Shown piece by piece: positions 39,240 through 56,000 of a stretch of DNA of 64,000 nt. Position 1 is the first letter of the stretch. The number at the start of each line of letters is the position of its first letter. A program made the position numbers and the translations under genes. This DNA comes from Octopus vulgaris (taxonomy: Eukaryota), in contig OX597833.1 in assembly GCA_951406725.2 (NCBI GenBank), positions 8,804,001 through 8,868,000 on the forward strand, given 5' to 3'. The notes under the pieces were generated by a model, which saw only the letters and a program-made list of their open reading frames with translations, was not told the origin of the DNA and searched no databases.

Positions 39240-40130
39240 CATCGTATAAGGAAAGCTCTCAAGTGTGCCTGGCTTGCAAATCTGCCATCAAATCAGTCTG
39301 CCTATGGGCTTTGTTCATCTTTCATCTCTTGGATCATATGGCCATGGCATATGTGGATCTCGTTCTTTCTGTCCCTCTTTCTACTGACTCTGGCATGCCC
39401 CATGGTTCAGTTTTCTCCCCCACTTTCTTCCCTTTCTACATCTATGACTTATATTGCCACAACATTCCACGACCCCTACTCTTACACAGATGACACAACC
39501 CTTCAATACCTCCGTAACATTCCCCAACCATCCACTCCCACCCCAGACACCAAACCCACACTGATGCCAGAAACAGAAACCTCAAAAGCATCTTCCAGTG
39601 GGGCCAGGCCATTCTTCTCTCTTTTGACAGCAAATAAAAACAGGCAGCATTCCTATCAAGAAAACATCATTGCACCACATCCCCTAAACCATGAGGAGCA
39701 CTCAACTAGAGCCCTCACAATTGCTACAAATGTTGGGTCACACTTTCATTGAGGATCTCTTCTAGGGTCAACATATGATTAACATTGCTAGGACTACCTC
39801 CCAACAGTTGGTTTTTTTGTTGTTGTGACTTCTGAGCACCAATTAGCTGGTGAGTGGAGTGGCTTGGAATTTAGTGCTATTGAGATGAGGCCCACAGCTG
39901 CGGCCCTACTACTTCTGCTACTGCTGTATAGAAATCATTGAGCACATCCAGAAAAGGACCATTTATTGATTGGCAAAAAATCATTCACAGACTCACTACA
40001 GATCCTGCCCACACAGACATATGTATTGTGTCTTCCCTTTGTCATTTTTACCAATTCTGTAATGATCTCTGCTATGCAGATCTAGCTGATCTCATGCATT
40101 TTTGTGCCTCTTGTCTTTCCATTCCTTCAA
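39240..40130 (+). mobile_element. Highly degraded LINE RT fragment
   Basis: SGMPHGSVFSPTFF (GVPQGSVLSP-like) and SYTDDTTL (YADD-like) in broken frames. Confidence 0.65.
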
Positions 40131-40419
40131 TTCCTCCCTAACATTCCCCAACAATACAGCATCCACTCACAACTCCCCCCCACTTCTCCACTGACCAGCA
40201 TCCCCATTATTAAATTGCATGTTGTCCTCAGCCCATATGTATCTTTCGATCTCTCTGTTTACGAAGATTAGCATCAGAAAGGTTCCTTGACTGCTGTTGT
40301 AACTACTATTTTGTATTGTCAGACTTAGTCATTCGCCCCTAGAATATCTGCCCTTTCGAATCACATCCCTGCTCATTTCTTTCCTACAAGTTCCACAAAC
40401 AACCTCAATCTCATCAGCC

Positions 40420-40885
40420 TAGGGAGCCCAGCAAATACCTTTGGCTCTGCCTCTTCCTCTAGACAATCCTGATCACCCAAATATTTACAGGTTTCTACAA
40501 AGCCAATCTCCAGTTTACTGTGGGTTTGACAAAAAAAGTGACAAAGGGGTGTCTGAAACTCAACACCCGTGGACATATTTACAAAGTCAGAAAGCAGCAC
40601 AGCTCCCATGACTTTCAGAAACATTTTTTCACGTTAAGAGTTGCTGAACAAACTGCCGGCATCAGTTGTTAGTTGTCGGAGCACTGCATCCTTCAAAACT
40701 TCCATGCTTTCTGAGATTCGCTAACACTACACCTGATTTTCTCCCCTCCATACACACACAAGCATGTATCTGACTCATACACTGTTCACTTCCCAGACAT
40801 TTGTACATTACTGCATATGCTTTATATGCACTTTTGACAAGTTGTGGAGCACCTGAGCACTGTATACAATAATTTCATTATTATT
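40420..40885 (+). mobile_element. LINE 3' end with (ATT)n tail
   Basis: FRKHFFTLRVAE-like C-terminal remnant, then a UTR ending tgtatacaataatttcattattatt. Confidence 0.55.
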
Positions 40886-41968
40886 GAAGAGTGCCAGCAG
40901 TTCTAGATTTCTGGCTGAAGTTGCTATAATTCCGATCTTGCAACTGGGCCATTCAAACACAAGAACTCTTGCATGCACAGAACTCTCATTTTTTATTTTA
41001 CAATATGCAGGTGTGGAGTCTCTGATCACCTCTATATATAATACATATAAACAAGAAAATGGAGATATCAATCACTGCTTCCCTGCCAATCAACAATATT
41101 AGATTTAGAGTAATCTTCACTTCACAATACATTACCTGCTGACATCGTTACAGTTTCATTGCTGGGGTCACGTAGCAATGTCTTGACATAGCAGCAACCA
41201 TGAGCAACTTACTCTTACTTAGCTCTCTCTCTCACTCTCTCACTCTCTCTCTCATCTTCCGCTTCATTTTTTCTTAATCACTCATTCTCATTTAATTGTA
41301 TATATTTTAATTGTTTGTTTATTCATAATTTTCGTCTCATTCGATCCCCTGACCCCAATGTTTGTTTTGTCTGTCCTCGTATCGCACACTCTTTTTCTCA
41401 ACCTTATGGTGAATAAAGAAATTCTTTCTCTCTCTCTAACCATGTGGTTGAAAAGCAAACCTCTAACCATAGAGCCATGCCTGGGCCTACACACATTTTC
41501 ATTATGTTATGTAAAAGACAGTTTCTTTTTCACACTTGTGGTATTAAATAAAATTGCCATACTTCCTATTCTTTATTGTACACAATTATCTTTATAGTTA
41601 TAAACAAGAATTTATTAATACAGTTCTATGTTGAGAGATGACACGGATTATTTACATTATTTACATTTGACGGATATTTGTCCTCATCTTGTTTGTTGTT
41701 AACACGTTTTGACTGATATACCCTCCAGCCTTCATCAAGTGTCTACACTTTCTACACTACAAATTATACAGTTGACTTTGTAAAACAGAAATTTCAAACC
41801 TGGGTTTTCATTCCTAAGGTATTTTTCGTTGCTGTTGTTGTTATTATTATTGTTACATTGAAAAATACCTTAGGAATGAGAACAGGTTTGAAACTCTCCC
41901 AAGTGTCTTCTGCACATGACTGGAGGTATCAGTCAAACGTTGCGTTAACAATAAACAAAAGAAATGTA

Positions 41969-43399
41969 AATGATAAACACTCCCTATTGTAATTATATAC
42001 ATATCTACATCCTTGGTATATATATATACTAGTAGCTTAAAAGCTACCATACTGGGCAGCTTTTAAGCAACTGACCCTGAATGGGATTTATCTGAAGTTG
42101 GCAGGAAATAGGTCTCTGACTTGTTTTGGAGGGTCGTTGCAGTTGCTTCCTCCAGAGTCATATCCAAATGATGATCATATCCATCACAAAGAATCACTTT
42201 AATTTTCTACACTTCTAAAGGAACCGAGCACTTGAAAACGAAAACATAGGAATCCAAGGTCTCTGGATTTGGCCCAGAATGTTTTTTGAATTTACTAATT
42301 TCAGTCAGCTCTCATTCCAAAATGGTAGGATATGTTGTAAAAGTGTGACACACTTTTATTATGAGATACATGGAAACAAGATTTCAATTGTGGTGGAGAT
42401 CTCAGTTATTAAAATAGATCCACCATTGGTTGTTTTATATATTGGCGTTAGGAAGAATTTTGGCGTTATGCATTTGGCTATGGGAAGGGCATTTGGCTTA
42501 CCATGTCTAACTATGAATGTCCATCTCTATTAACTTACTATTACTCTCACCCCCTAGAAGTGTAGAAAATTAAAGTGAACAGCACAGAAGATATGGGATC
42601 TGGTGTGTATATAACACAGGAAGTGTATACTCTACATCTAATATAAAAATGCGAAAACTAATTCCTGTGTGCAGAAATCTAGGGCTATTGTGGCACTCTT
42701 AAAGAGACAAAGAAATTCAGGGAGAGTTGATGTTTTAAAAGTAGTAGTATTGATGGATGCAGTGTCCGACAACTAACAACACATTCCTGTGGCCAACAGA
42801 CTGAACACTATCTGTTTTATATTTTGCTTTCTTTAATTTGTATATATACATATATACATCATACATATAGAAATGAGCAGGGATTTAATTCGAAAGGGCA
42901 GACTGGTGGATGATGGGGGGGTTGTGAGTGGATGCCCCAAAGTTGGGGAATGTTAGGGAGAATCTGAAGGAATGGAATAGACAAGCTGTGTTGCACAAAA
43001 ATACATATATACACATACATATAAAATACACTTTAGAGATCATTGCAGAATTGGCAGGTATCATACCATTTTGGAATGAGGCTGACTCAGTTAGTAAATT
43101 AAAAACATTCTGGGCCAAATCCAGAGACCTTGGATTCCTATGTTTTCGTTACTGCGATTGTTTTCGGCATTTTTTTTTACATGATTCTTTGTGATGGATA
43201 TGATCATCATTTGGATATGACTCTGGAGGAAGCAACTGCAACGAATTCTCCAAAACAAGTCAGAGACCTGTTTGCAGATCTTCCCATTCAGGGTCAGTTG
43301 CTTAAAAGCTGCCCAGTATGGTAGCTTTTAAGCTACTAGTATATATATATACCAAGGATGTAGATATGTATATAATTACAATAGGGAGTGTTTATCATT
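41969..43399. repeat. Inverted repeat pair (41969-42332 and 43059-43399)
   Basis: For example, ggaatccaaggtctctggatttggcccagaatg versus cattctgggccaaatccagagaccttggattcc. Confidence 0.9.
42637..43339 (+). mobile_element. Helitron-like element with a Rep/helicase coding remnant
   Basis: A|TCTAATATAAAAATGCG start. DMTLEEATATNSPKQVRDLFA resembles Helitron RepHel. A terminal hairpin gcttaaaagctgcc/ggtagcttttaagc is followed by CTAG|T. Confidence 0.6.
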
Positions 43400-43549
43400 G
43401 AGGTATTGAAGGGTTGTGTCATCTGTGTAAGAGTAGGGGTCGTGGAATAATTATCAATATAAGTCATAGATGTAGAAAGTTTTAGATGATTAACAAAACT
43501 GAACCACAGGCAATGCCAAGAGTCAGTAGAATAGAGGGGACAGAATAAC

Positions 43550-44260
43550 GAGATCCACAATGTAACAATAATAATAACACATATGATCTGTAGAGATGAA
43601 AGATGAACAAAGAACGTGTTAACAACAAAAAAAAAGAGAAAAGAAGATATACATTTGTCCGTTTACATAACATAAAATACATTGCGGCACATACTTCTAA
43701 CACACACATATACAATACACATAGATGAAATATTTTCTGTTTGAAAGAACACAATAATTTTACAGAATAAGCAAACAAAAGAAAAGAAAATATGTTTTGT
43801 CGCTTACCTTACCGGCTGAGAGAGAGTACTTACGCGATTACCTAGAGATTTTACAGAATTTAAGCGAAGATAGAAAGAGAAGACAGATATACATTTGTCC
43901 GTCGCTAAAACAATGTCTTCTAAAAATAATTGCGGCTATACTTCTAACACACACATATACATACACATAGATATATTATTATTTTCTGTTTGAAAGCACT
44001 AATGATAACAAAATAAGTAATACTTCTTCTGAGAGAGTACTTGCGATTTAGGAAGATAGATTTCAGACCTTTTTTTAGCGCACGTAAACAAAAGATTTGA
44101 GTTTCGATTTAGCACGTGCAACTTGTGTCTTGTATTTCACTAAGCGATTTGGTATTAAGCAGCAAATTTTTCAGAGGCTTTTTTCAGAACACGCAGATAT
44201 ACATCAAAAACGAAAATATCCTGTGTCTTGTTGATTCACAGACGAAGAATAAAATTCACT
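43550..44260 (-). mobile_element. Degenerate solo fragment of the LINE A/B 5' UTR
   Basis: Matches 25875-26540 in reverse, e.g. cttaccttaccggctgagagagagtacttacgcgatt and aagcagcaaatttttcagaggc. No ORFs are attached. Confidence 0.8.
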
Positions 44261-44395
44261 AGGTTTGCTTTTCAACCACATGGTTACAGCATTAGTCCCA
44301 CTGCATGGCACCTTGGGCAAGTGTCTTCTGTTATAGCTCCAACCTAACCAAAGTCTTTTGAGTAGATACAGTAAATGGAAACTGAAAGAATCCTC
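44261..44395 (+). mobile_element. tRNA-derived SINE fragment
   Basis: caaccacatggtt...agtcccactgcatggcaccttgggcaagtgtcttct resembles a SINE head and core. Confidence 0.55.
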
Positions 44396-44540
44396 TTTCT
44401 CTCTCTCTCTCTCTCTCTCTATTTATATATATATAAATATACCGCCAAGTAAGTTAGGGGTTATGGATCCAACCCACTAAGGGATATCAATGGATATACG
44501 TTTATGGTATGTGATATGTATTTATATATATGTATATGTG

Positions 44541-44571
<31 letters not shown>

Positions 44572-45369
44572 ATGTCTATATGTGTATATACATATATATA
44601 AAATTTATATAACATGGTTGAATTTTTATATGCTTTATTAAACTTTGTAGATAAATATTCATGTATTAACTGACACTTATATTGCTTATTATAAGAATTC
44701 TTTGTTTACGATTAATATTTGAAAGTTAATTTAAGGATATAAATGTGACTATGAGAGATTAACACGGTTTATTTACTTATCATTCGATCTTCTATTAACT
44801 AACCGTAGCTGAGATGTAGAAATTCAAATTTGTTAACCAATTAGATATAACTTATGATTAAAAACAATCACTCCCTATCTCCCAATAGTTTTAAAACTCT
44901 AAAATATTAATATATAACATATAACATGGCTCTTATAGCTTATCTATTATATCTTAACAAACGTTTTCTTATTATGAAATATTCTGTAAAAATATTCTGT
45001 GAAATCATATTAATTCGATGGATAAACATATAATTTAACTGTGACGATAAGAAGAAAAAAATCCTCATATAGATATTGATGTATATTTGTACGTATGTAT
45101 ATATATGTACATGTTGCTTCTTTTTGTTGCCCATATGCATGGACTTGTGTGTATGAAGAAGAACAATATTGTAACAACCCTGGTCTAAATGTATGTTTAT
45201 ATATATATATATCTGTTTTGTATTGATTGTGGCTTTAAAATTTATAAAATTTAATCTACAGTAATGAATTGTTTACATTGTATTGCAATATATGATATAT
45301 TGGAATCTATTATAATATGTATTGTGAAGTGAAGATTACTCTAAATCTAATAATAATAATAACAACAAT

Positions 45370-45404
<35 letters not shown>

Positions 45405-45729
45405 TAATAATAATAATAATAAATATTATAATAATAATAATAATAATAATTATATTAGCAACAATTAAATATTGTTTATGTAGTCATGAGCATGGACGTA
45501 TATGTTCCAGTATATATGTATATGACAAATGGTCTATTTGCTTGGACCTATGGTTTAATTGTGCTTATTTATGTATTTATACACATGTAAAGGTGCATAT
45601 ACTTTGCTTATGTATGTATATATATATATATGTGTGTGTATGTATATATGGATATTTGTTTATATTTATATATATTAAATTGTACATGTATCCTGTTTCA
45701 TGTATTTATATTTTTTAAGTTCTTTATAA

Positions 45730-45853
45730 TCTCTGACGAGGCCTATGGTTATATATAAGTACCCTATTTTTAAATGCCTACAACCTCAATATAATTGACA
45801 ACTGCAGGCATTGAAAAAATACTTTTTTCCATAGGCTGAAACAGCTGTAAGAG
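45730..45853 (+). ncRNA. Hammerhead ribozyme motif of another PLE-like remnant (~44430-46020)
   Basis: UCU-CUGACGA-GGCCUAUGG...CCAUAGGCU-GAAA-CAGCUG-UA-AGA. Confidence 0.75.
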
Positions 45854-46091
45854 TGATTTTAATGATTTCAATTGTTTATATTAAGATTTTTATAATTGTA
45901 TTCTTATCTTATATCTATTGAATTATTCTGTATGTATGTATGTTATTAAGGTTCTCGTTTTTGTTAAATAAATAAATAAGTCAACATTCTAATATCCAAA
46001 AGCTGATGAACCAATTAAATTGTTTCTCCATTTTCTTGTTTGTATTATATATATATATATATATATACATGTGTGTATATATATATTTATG

Positions 46092-46143
<52 letters not shown>

Positions 46144-46227
46144 TAAACATGTATATATAATTATATATACACATATATAAACATGTATATATATATATAT
46201 ATATATATACATACACACACACACATA

Positions 46228-46295
<68 letters not shown>

Positions 46296-46334
46296 TGTAT
46301 ATGTATATATACATATAGTTGGAATTTACAAAAA

Positions 46335-46990
46335 TAACAAAAGACAAAGACAGGTGTGGCCATGAGTTACACAGCCACACTTACTAGCTATGCTGACAAT
46401 ACAAAAGTAGTTCAAGCAGTCAAGGAACCTTCTGATGCTAATCTTCTACAGAGAGATCTAGAAGCCATATATATGGGCTGAGGACAACATGCAATTTAAT
46501 GTAGCCAAATTCCAAGCCCTCCACTACCAGCTAATTGGTGCTCAGAAGTCACAACAACAATACTTTGGACCAAAACTAGTGGAAATCCTAGAATCACATA
46601 TGGTGCATTATCTGGGGATTGATATGAGCAACGATGCCTCATTTCACATGCATGTTACCAAGATGGTGGCATTGTGCAGGTGGATTCTGAGAACCTTCAG
46701 AACAAGGAACCAGAAACTATGCTGGTCCTGTGAAGGACATTTGTCCTCAGCCATCTAGAATACTGCTTTCAACTATGGTCACCTTACACTGTAGGATTAA
46801 TAGGAGGCAGTTCAGAGATACTACATGAGGAAGATTGCATCAATGGAACAACTTGGCTACTGGGAGAGACTGAAAGAGGTAAGACTCTAATCCCTGGAGT
46901 GAAGACGGAAGTGGAGGGATATGCAGTGATATATGTATGAAAGATGCTGGAGGAGTGGCAGCAAACTTTTGAATTGGCAGAAAATCATTG
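46335..46990 (+). mobile_element. Degraded RT 3' fragment of the A/B/C LINE group
   Basis: SYADNTKV and MQFNVAKFQAL...LGIDMSNDASF...WILRTFRTR with stops and frameshifts; lies next to a TA-rich tract. Confidence 0.85.
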
Positions 46991-47111
46991 CAGATTGAAG
47001 AGGCAGCCAGAAGATCGATATCTGACATATATTCTCAGAGAGCTAACCTTAGCAAAAGTATGAGTAAAAGCAGCAGCAAAGTACAAAGAAAAGAGTGTTG
47101 GGGTAAGGATG

Positions 47112-47630
47112 TCACCCTATATCCATTGTCCCTCTACCAAATTGGAAGCCACATTGAGATTCAGATAGGACATCATTTACATGACACCCATTCAGACGGG
47201 TAAGAAGAATATTTGCCAGAATCTTGCCAGCAACTGATAGCAGAGCAATACCTCTGTAGTTACCACACATTGTTCTGGCTCCTTTTCCTTTATATAGAGG
47301 TAGAATAATTGCATCCTTCCAGTCCTTAGGGATTGCACCATCCCTCCAGACTGCACTAATAAGTTCATGAAGGGACTGTGTGATGCAATTACCACCAAAT
47401 CGCAAGACCTCAGCACAAATTCCATCCTTTCCAGGTGCCCTACCAAGATTCAATTTACTTATTGAGGTTATTACCTCATCTATTGAGGGTGTAGAATTTA
47501 AGGAGCCAATGATGGGTCTTTGTTGCATAGCATCAATCACTGTTTCATCCACAACTGACTCGTTGTTTCAGAGTTCAGAGAAGTGTTCAATCCTGTGGTT
47601 TCTGTTGATTTAGTAAATCGAGTAGAAAAC
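47112..47630 (-). mobile_element. RTE-like LINE reverse transcriptase fragment
   Basis: APGKDGICAE...WKDAIILPLYKGKG...NYRGIALLSVAGKILANILLTRL...ESQCGF. Confidence 0.85.
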
Positions 47631-47899
47631 TCCTTGGAAAGCAAAGGAGCTCTTAGGCCCATAAACTTGCTTCATAAGATGGTAAAGCTTCTTGCTGTCA
47701 TTTGCATCAGCAGCAGCCTGAACATCACGAGCAAAATCCTGCCACCAAGTGTTCTGCATCTTCCTGAGAGATCACTGCAGGAGTGGTTTTACACTGCTGC
47801 AGTGTTTAAGTGCTAGATTTTGCTGCACAGCAGAAAGCCATCTGTGTAGCAATATATTGTGGGCACAGCGCTTTACAGCCAATAGTCAGTATGTATGTA

Positions 47900-47934
<35 letters not shown>

Positions 47935-48231
47935 ATGTATGTATGTATGTAGTTATAGATGTGAGCTCCAGGAACTTGAAGCAAGATTCCAAGCAGACCA
48001 TATATACCTTCCAACAATACAAAGTTCTTAATTTAATTAGTTCAAGTTCCTGGAACTCACTTCTATAACTTTATAAGTATATTTACACCCTCTAAGATGT
48101 TTGGAAAACCTATATGAAATTAGCTGAAGATTACTTGACATTATATTTGCTGTAATATTTGCAGCTTTAATAAATTGTTATAGTATGAAACAATTGTACT
48201 AAACTACCGATCCATTCTTGTTGCTTATTTT

Positions 48232-52069
<3,838 letters not shown>

Positions 52070-52146
52070 TAAATCCTTAAATCCTTAAAAATGTTTTAGC
52101 CCGAAGGCCGCGGCCATGCTGGGGCACCACCGCTGAATGAGCTACA

Positions 52147-55100
52147 CTAGTTTGTGAATCCACCTCTGATACGTGGCACTTGATCAACAAGGGAGTTCGA
52201 TGCTGCTGCCCGCATCCGTGTCTCCTGTCGTGAGGTAGGTTCATCTGGGACTCCCAACAAGAAGAGATCCAGTTTAGTTTTAAAGAAACCCACATCCACA
52301 CCATGTAAGTCTCTCAGGCATTTAGGGAGGATGTTAAAGAGCTGTGGTCCTCTGAAACCCAAGCTGTTGCAGTATCTGGACCTGTATTTTGATGGTGATG
52401 TTGGAATCCTTGGCACCACGCAGCGGCGCCCCGTTCTGCGGTTGGAGTAACTTTGAATGCCAAAGTTTGGGACAAGACCCTCCAGGATTTTCCAGATGTA
52501 TATCACTGCATATCTCTCCCGCCTCCGCTCCAGGGAGAAGAGGTTTAATACCTTCAGTCTTTCCCAGTAGCTGACATTTTGCATTGAGACGATTTTCTTT
52601 GTGTAGCTTCTCTGAGTTGCTTCGAGTTCTGCTGTTTGTTTTATATTGTGTGGTGACCAAAGTTGGGAGCAGTAGTCCAAGCGGCTGAGGACAAATGTTT
52701 TCCATAGGACCATCAGTGTCTCCTTCTCTCTTGTTCTGAAAGTTCGGAGAATCCATCCAGCTAGCCGTCTGCATTTTATCACCAGATTAGCAATATGCAT
52801 TTGGAAAGATGCATCATTGCTCATGTCAATGCCCAGGTCACGCACTGATTTTGACTCAGGGATTGCAATTCTTCCTGGGCCAGTGTATCCAGTCTTCACG
52901 TCATTTACCTTTGTGTGCCAGTAGCGCAGGGCCTGGAACTTACCTGCATTAAACTGCATGTTGTTGTCCTCAGCCCACCTGTATATTGTGTCCAGCTCAT
53001 GTTGCAGATGCGCAATATTTTCAGGGTTTTGTATTGCGTGGGAGACTTTTGTGTCATCTGCATAGCTAGCAAGGGTGGTCATCGTAGCAACTGAAGGCAT
53101 GTCTGAAAGGGCCACTATGAACATCAGTGGCCCCAAGACAGTGCCCTGTGGGACACCGCTTGTTATTTGCGTTTCCCTGGAGGTGGCTCCATTGCTCACA
53201 ACTGCCTGTTTTCTGTCTTTTAGGAAGTTGTGCAGCCACTCTCCAAGTTTCCCGCCTATGCCGAGACCACGCAGTTTGTGACAGATCATACCATGGTCGA
53301 CTTTATCAAAGGCTTTTGCAAAGTCAAGATATATTACATCCACATTTGAGCCATTTAGTAGCTGTTTCAACACCCAGTCATAGTGTTGCAGGAGCTGTGT
53401 TAGGCAGCCTCTACCTGGTCGAAATCCATGCTGGGTGTCAGACAGTAAGTCATTTTCTTCAAGGAACATGATTAGTTTCTTACGGACTATTCGTTCCATG
53501 ACTTTGCTGATGTGTGAGGTCAGAGAGATAGGCCTATAATTTTTAGCATCTGCTCTGCTACCTCCCTTGTGGATAGGGCATATTACCCCCTCTTTCAGTT
53601 TGACTGGGAGCTTACCACTTGCAAGAAAGCTCTGAAAAAGAAGCTGTAGCGGTTTTGCAAGGGCTCGTTTGCACGATTTGAGAAGGATCGCTGGGAATCC
53701 ATCAGGTCCAGCAGCTGAGTTTGTGTCAATCTCATCAATGGCTAGTGTGATATCATCTTCTTCGATGTTGATGTACTCAATTTTTGTCTCTTTGGCCGCT
53801 GGTAAAGTGGCAAAGAATTCTTCTGGGTTGTTTACTTGCCTGTGTCCTAGAGGTGTAGTGAACACACTTTGGAACTGTTCGTTCAGTATTTCACTTATCC
53901 TCGTGGGATTTCCTGTGAGAGAGCCATCTTTTTGGAAGAGAGGTCCTATTCTCTGGTGCACTGTGGCTGTCTCTTTGGCAAACTTAAAGAAAGCTTTAGG
54001 GTTTGATTTTATATTTTCTATTACCCAAGCTTCTTTATCTGCTCTCTCCTTTTCATGGGACTGATGTAGACTTTTCTCAGTTTCCATTAGCATTCTTTCG
54101 AGCCGAGACTTCTCACCACTTTTGGTGTGCTTGCTCAGGCGGTTTGCAATCCTTGTCCGTCGTCTCATAAGAATCCTCCTTTCTCTAGGGATCCTGTTTT
54201 TATTCTTGTGTGTGCTGGCCCTGCACATTGGGACATATTTGTCACATATGGCTTGTATTATGGACATGAAGTGTTTGTGTTTCATGTTTATGTCCGGTGT
54301 GGAGAGACATTCAGGCCAATCCTGTTTGAGGATCTCTTTCTCAATCGACTTCCAGTTGGCTTTATGAAAGTTTAAGTTGGAGAGATGGTGGGTGCTTCGT
54401 ATAGGCTGTGTGTCTGCGGGGGCTTTTGTTCCATACATAGACAGCTCTATTATGTTGTGATCCGAGATCATTGTCGGCATCACATTAACATTATGGATAA
54501 TATCCATATTGTTTGTAAAGCAGAGATCCAGTATATTATCTGCCCTTGTTGGTTGCAGAACTATTTGCTCCATGAAAGAGGTATTTGTGAGATGGAGCAG
54601 GGACTCCACCTGTGCCTGCTGATGGTGTGTCATCCCTGGGAGCATCTGCCCCCCAGGCCATTCCACATTGGGGAGGTTAAAGTCACCCATGAAGAATACA
54701 CTGTTGTGCTGTTCAAGGTTGGTGAGGACTTCTCCTATTTTTGTTAGGCAGTCTTCAAACATGCCTGAGTGTTTTGGGGCATCTGGTGGGCGATATGTAG
54801 TGCATATGACGATATTCAGTTGTCTTATGTGTACAATTTGAGTTTCACATACTGAGTTTGAATATGACAGCAGGACCTGGGGCGTGAGGTCATCTCGGAT
54901 GTACATTGCAACTCCACCATGGCTCCTCCCTTTTCTATCTGTGCGTATGACTGCATATTGCGGCATGTGTATTTCTGCATCACCTATATCGGGTTCAAGA
55001 TGCGTTTCTGTGAGTGCCATGCATATAGCTTGATTGCATGTCACAAGGTCTCTCAGGAATGAAATTTTCTTTTTACAGTTTCCGCGCAGCAGCCCTCCTA

Positions 55101-55158
55101 CATTCAGTAGAAATATTTTTGTGGTGTGTGTGTTGGTGTTGGTGTCTGTGGTGGCCAT
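52147..55158 (-). CDS. LINE B ORF2: AP endonuclease plus reverse transcriptase
   Basis: All EN and RT motifs present (TETHL, GDFNLP, SDHN, KAFD, GVPQG, YADD). The likely start is MATTDT at 55158, by alignment with A and C. Confidence 0.95.
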   Translation of the reverse strand: MATTDTNTNTHTTKIFLLNVGGLLRGNCKKKISFLRDLVTCNQAICMALTETHLEPDIGDAEIHMPQYAVIRTDRKGRSHGGVAMYIRDDLTPQVLLSYSNSVCETQIVHIRQLNIVICTTYRPPDAPKHSGMFEDCLTKIGEVLTNLEQHNSVFFMGDFNLPNVEWPGGQMLPGMTHHQQAQVESLLHLTNTSFMEQIVLQPTRADNILDLCFTNNMDIIHNVNVMPTMISDHNIIELSMYGTKAPADTQPIRSTHHLSNLNFHKANWKSIEKEILKQDWPECLSTPDINMKHKHFMSIIQAICDKYVPMCRASTHKNKNRIPRERRILMRRRTRIANRLSKHTKSGEKSRLERMLMETEKSLHQSHEKERADKEAWVIENIKSNPKAFFKFAKETATVHQRIGPLFQKDGSLTGNPTRISEILNEQFQSVFTTPLGHRQVNNPEEFFATLPAAKETKIEYINIEEDDITLAIDEIDTNSAAGPDGFPAILLKSCKRALAKPLQLLFQSFLASGKLPVKLKEGVICPIHKGGSRADAKNYRPISLTSHISKVMERIVRKKLIMFLEENDLLSDTQHGFRPGRGCLTQLLQHYDWVLKQLLNGSNVDVIYLDFAKAFDKVDHGMICHKLRGLGIGGKLGEWLHNFLKDRKQAVVSNGATSRETQITSGVPQGTVLGPLMFIVALSDMPSVATMTTLASYADDTKVSHAIQNPENIAHLQHELDTIYRWAEDNNMQFNAGKFQALRYWHTKVNDVKTGYTGPGRIAIPESKSVRDLGIDMSNDASFQMHIANLVIKCRRLAGWILRTFRTREKETLMVLWKTFVLSRLDYCSQLWSPHNIKQTAELEATQRSYTKKIVSMQNVSYWERLKVLNLFSLERRRERYAVIYIWKILEGLVPNFGIQSYSNRRTGRRCVVPRIPTSPSKYRSRYCNSLGFRGPQLFNILPKCLRDLHGVDVGFFKTKLDLFLLGVPDEPTSRQETRMRAAASNSLVDQVPRIRGGFTN

Positions 55159-56000
55159 CCTGCATCTGTTGGAGGTGGCCTTATGTGGTGGTAGTTCCAG
55201 CTTTGTGCTTGTAGCCAGGTCAGCTGCTGAACAATTTTTTGTGCCATGCACAAAAAAGACTGCTGTTCAGCTGCCGCCCTTCTCACATCTGGGTGAAGCT
55301 GGCCACCTGTTGGGTTTCCGCGCACCACATCTGCATACCGTCTTTCAGTAGTGGTCAGTGCGCTTTTTTCCCTTCTTTTAACTTTTTGTTTTTGTTCTCC
55401 CTGAGGGAGGGACCTCTGTCTCGCGTCCGTGCGGTTTTGGTAGGGCCTCCGATGTGCAAAGCGACAGTTTGCACCTTCAACGCCGTACCAGCAGTCCCCC
55501 CTCAGGTAGAATTTGCAGGTGTTTCTTTCCCTGCCCTTACAGTTTTTGCTGGGGTCCCTCTGCTTTCTCTGGACAGGGCTTCCTTTAGCCTTGATTCTGT
55601 CACCCTTTACCTCCTGCTTCCCATCAATTCCAGGGTGCCTTTCCTTTCTTGCGGCCATCGCACCTCTTTGGTCTTCAGTTGTGGTGTTGGAAGCTGGACA
55701 TGTGTCATCGTTTCCCTGTGTTCCAGGCTTCTCCATTTGGCTCTGGATGCTTTCCTCATCCTTTTGGCCCTCCCTGCTGCCGTCACCTCCCAGGATGATG
55801 TCCAGGGTGTCCACATGTTGCCTGATTAGAGCGTACGAACGGATAACTTCTCTCTTCTTTCGCTCTATCTGGGCGGTGGTTCTCGAAAAATTGTTGCTTT
55901 TCAGCGCCGCAGCAATAATTTCGTTCGGCGAGTCGTCCTCAGCGATCTTCCAAGCGCGGACGAACAATTGCACCTCTCTCGCAGACCAGTTTCTTGCCAT
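55104..56000 (-). CDS. LINE B ORF1: Myb/SANT-like plus CCCH zinc finger
   Basis: NWSAREVQLFVRAW...IAAALKSNNFSRTTAQIERKKREV, CKFYLRGDCWYGVEGANCRFAH, and C-terminal [22 protein letters not shown] shared with A. Confidence 0.8.
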   Translation of the reverse strand: MARNWSAREVQLFVRAWKIAEDDSPNEIIAAALKSNNFSRTTAQIERKKREVIRSYALIRQHVDTLDIILGGDGSREGQKDEESIQSQMEKPGTQGNDDTCPASNTTTEDQRGAMAARKERHPGIDGKQEVKGDRIKAKGSPVQRKQRDPSKNCKGRERNTCKFYLRGDCWYGVEGANCRFAHRRPYQNRTDARQRSLPQGEQKQKVKRREKSALTTTERRYADVVRGNPTGGQLHPDVRRAAAEQQSFLCMAQKIVQQLTWLQAQSWNYHHIRPPPTDAGWPPQTPTPTHTPQKYFY

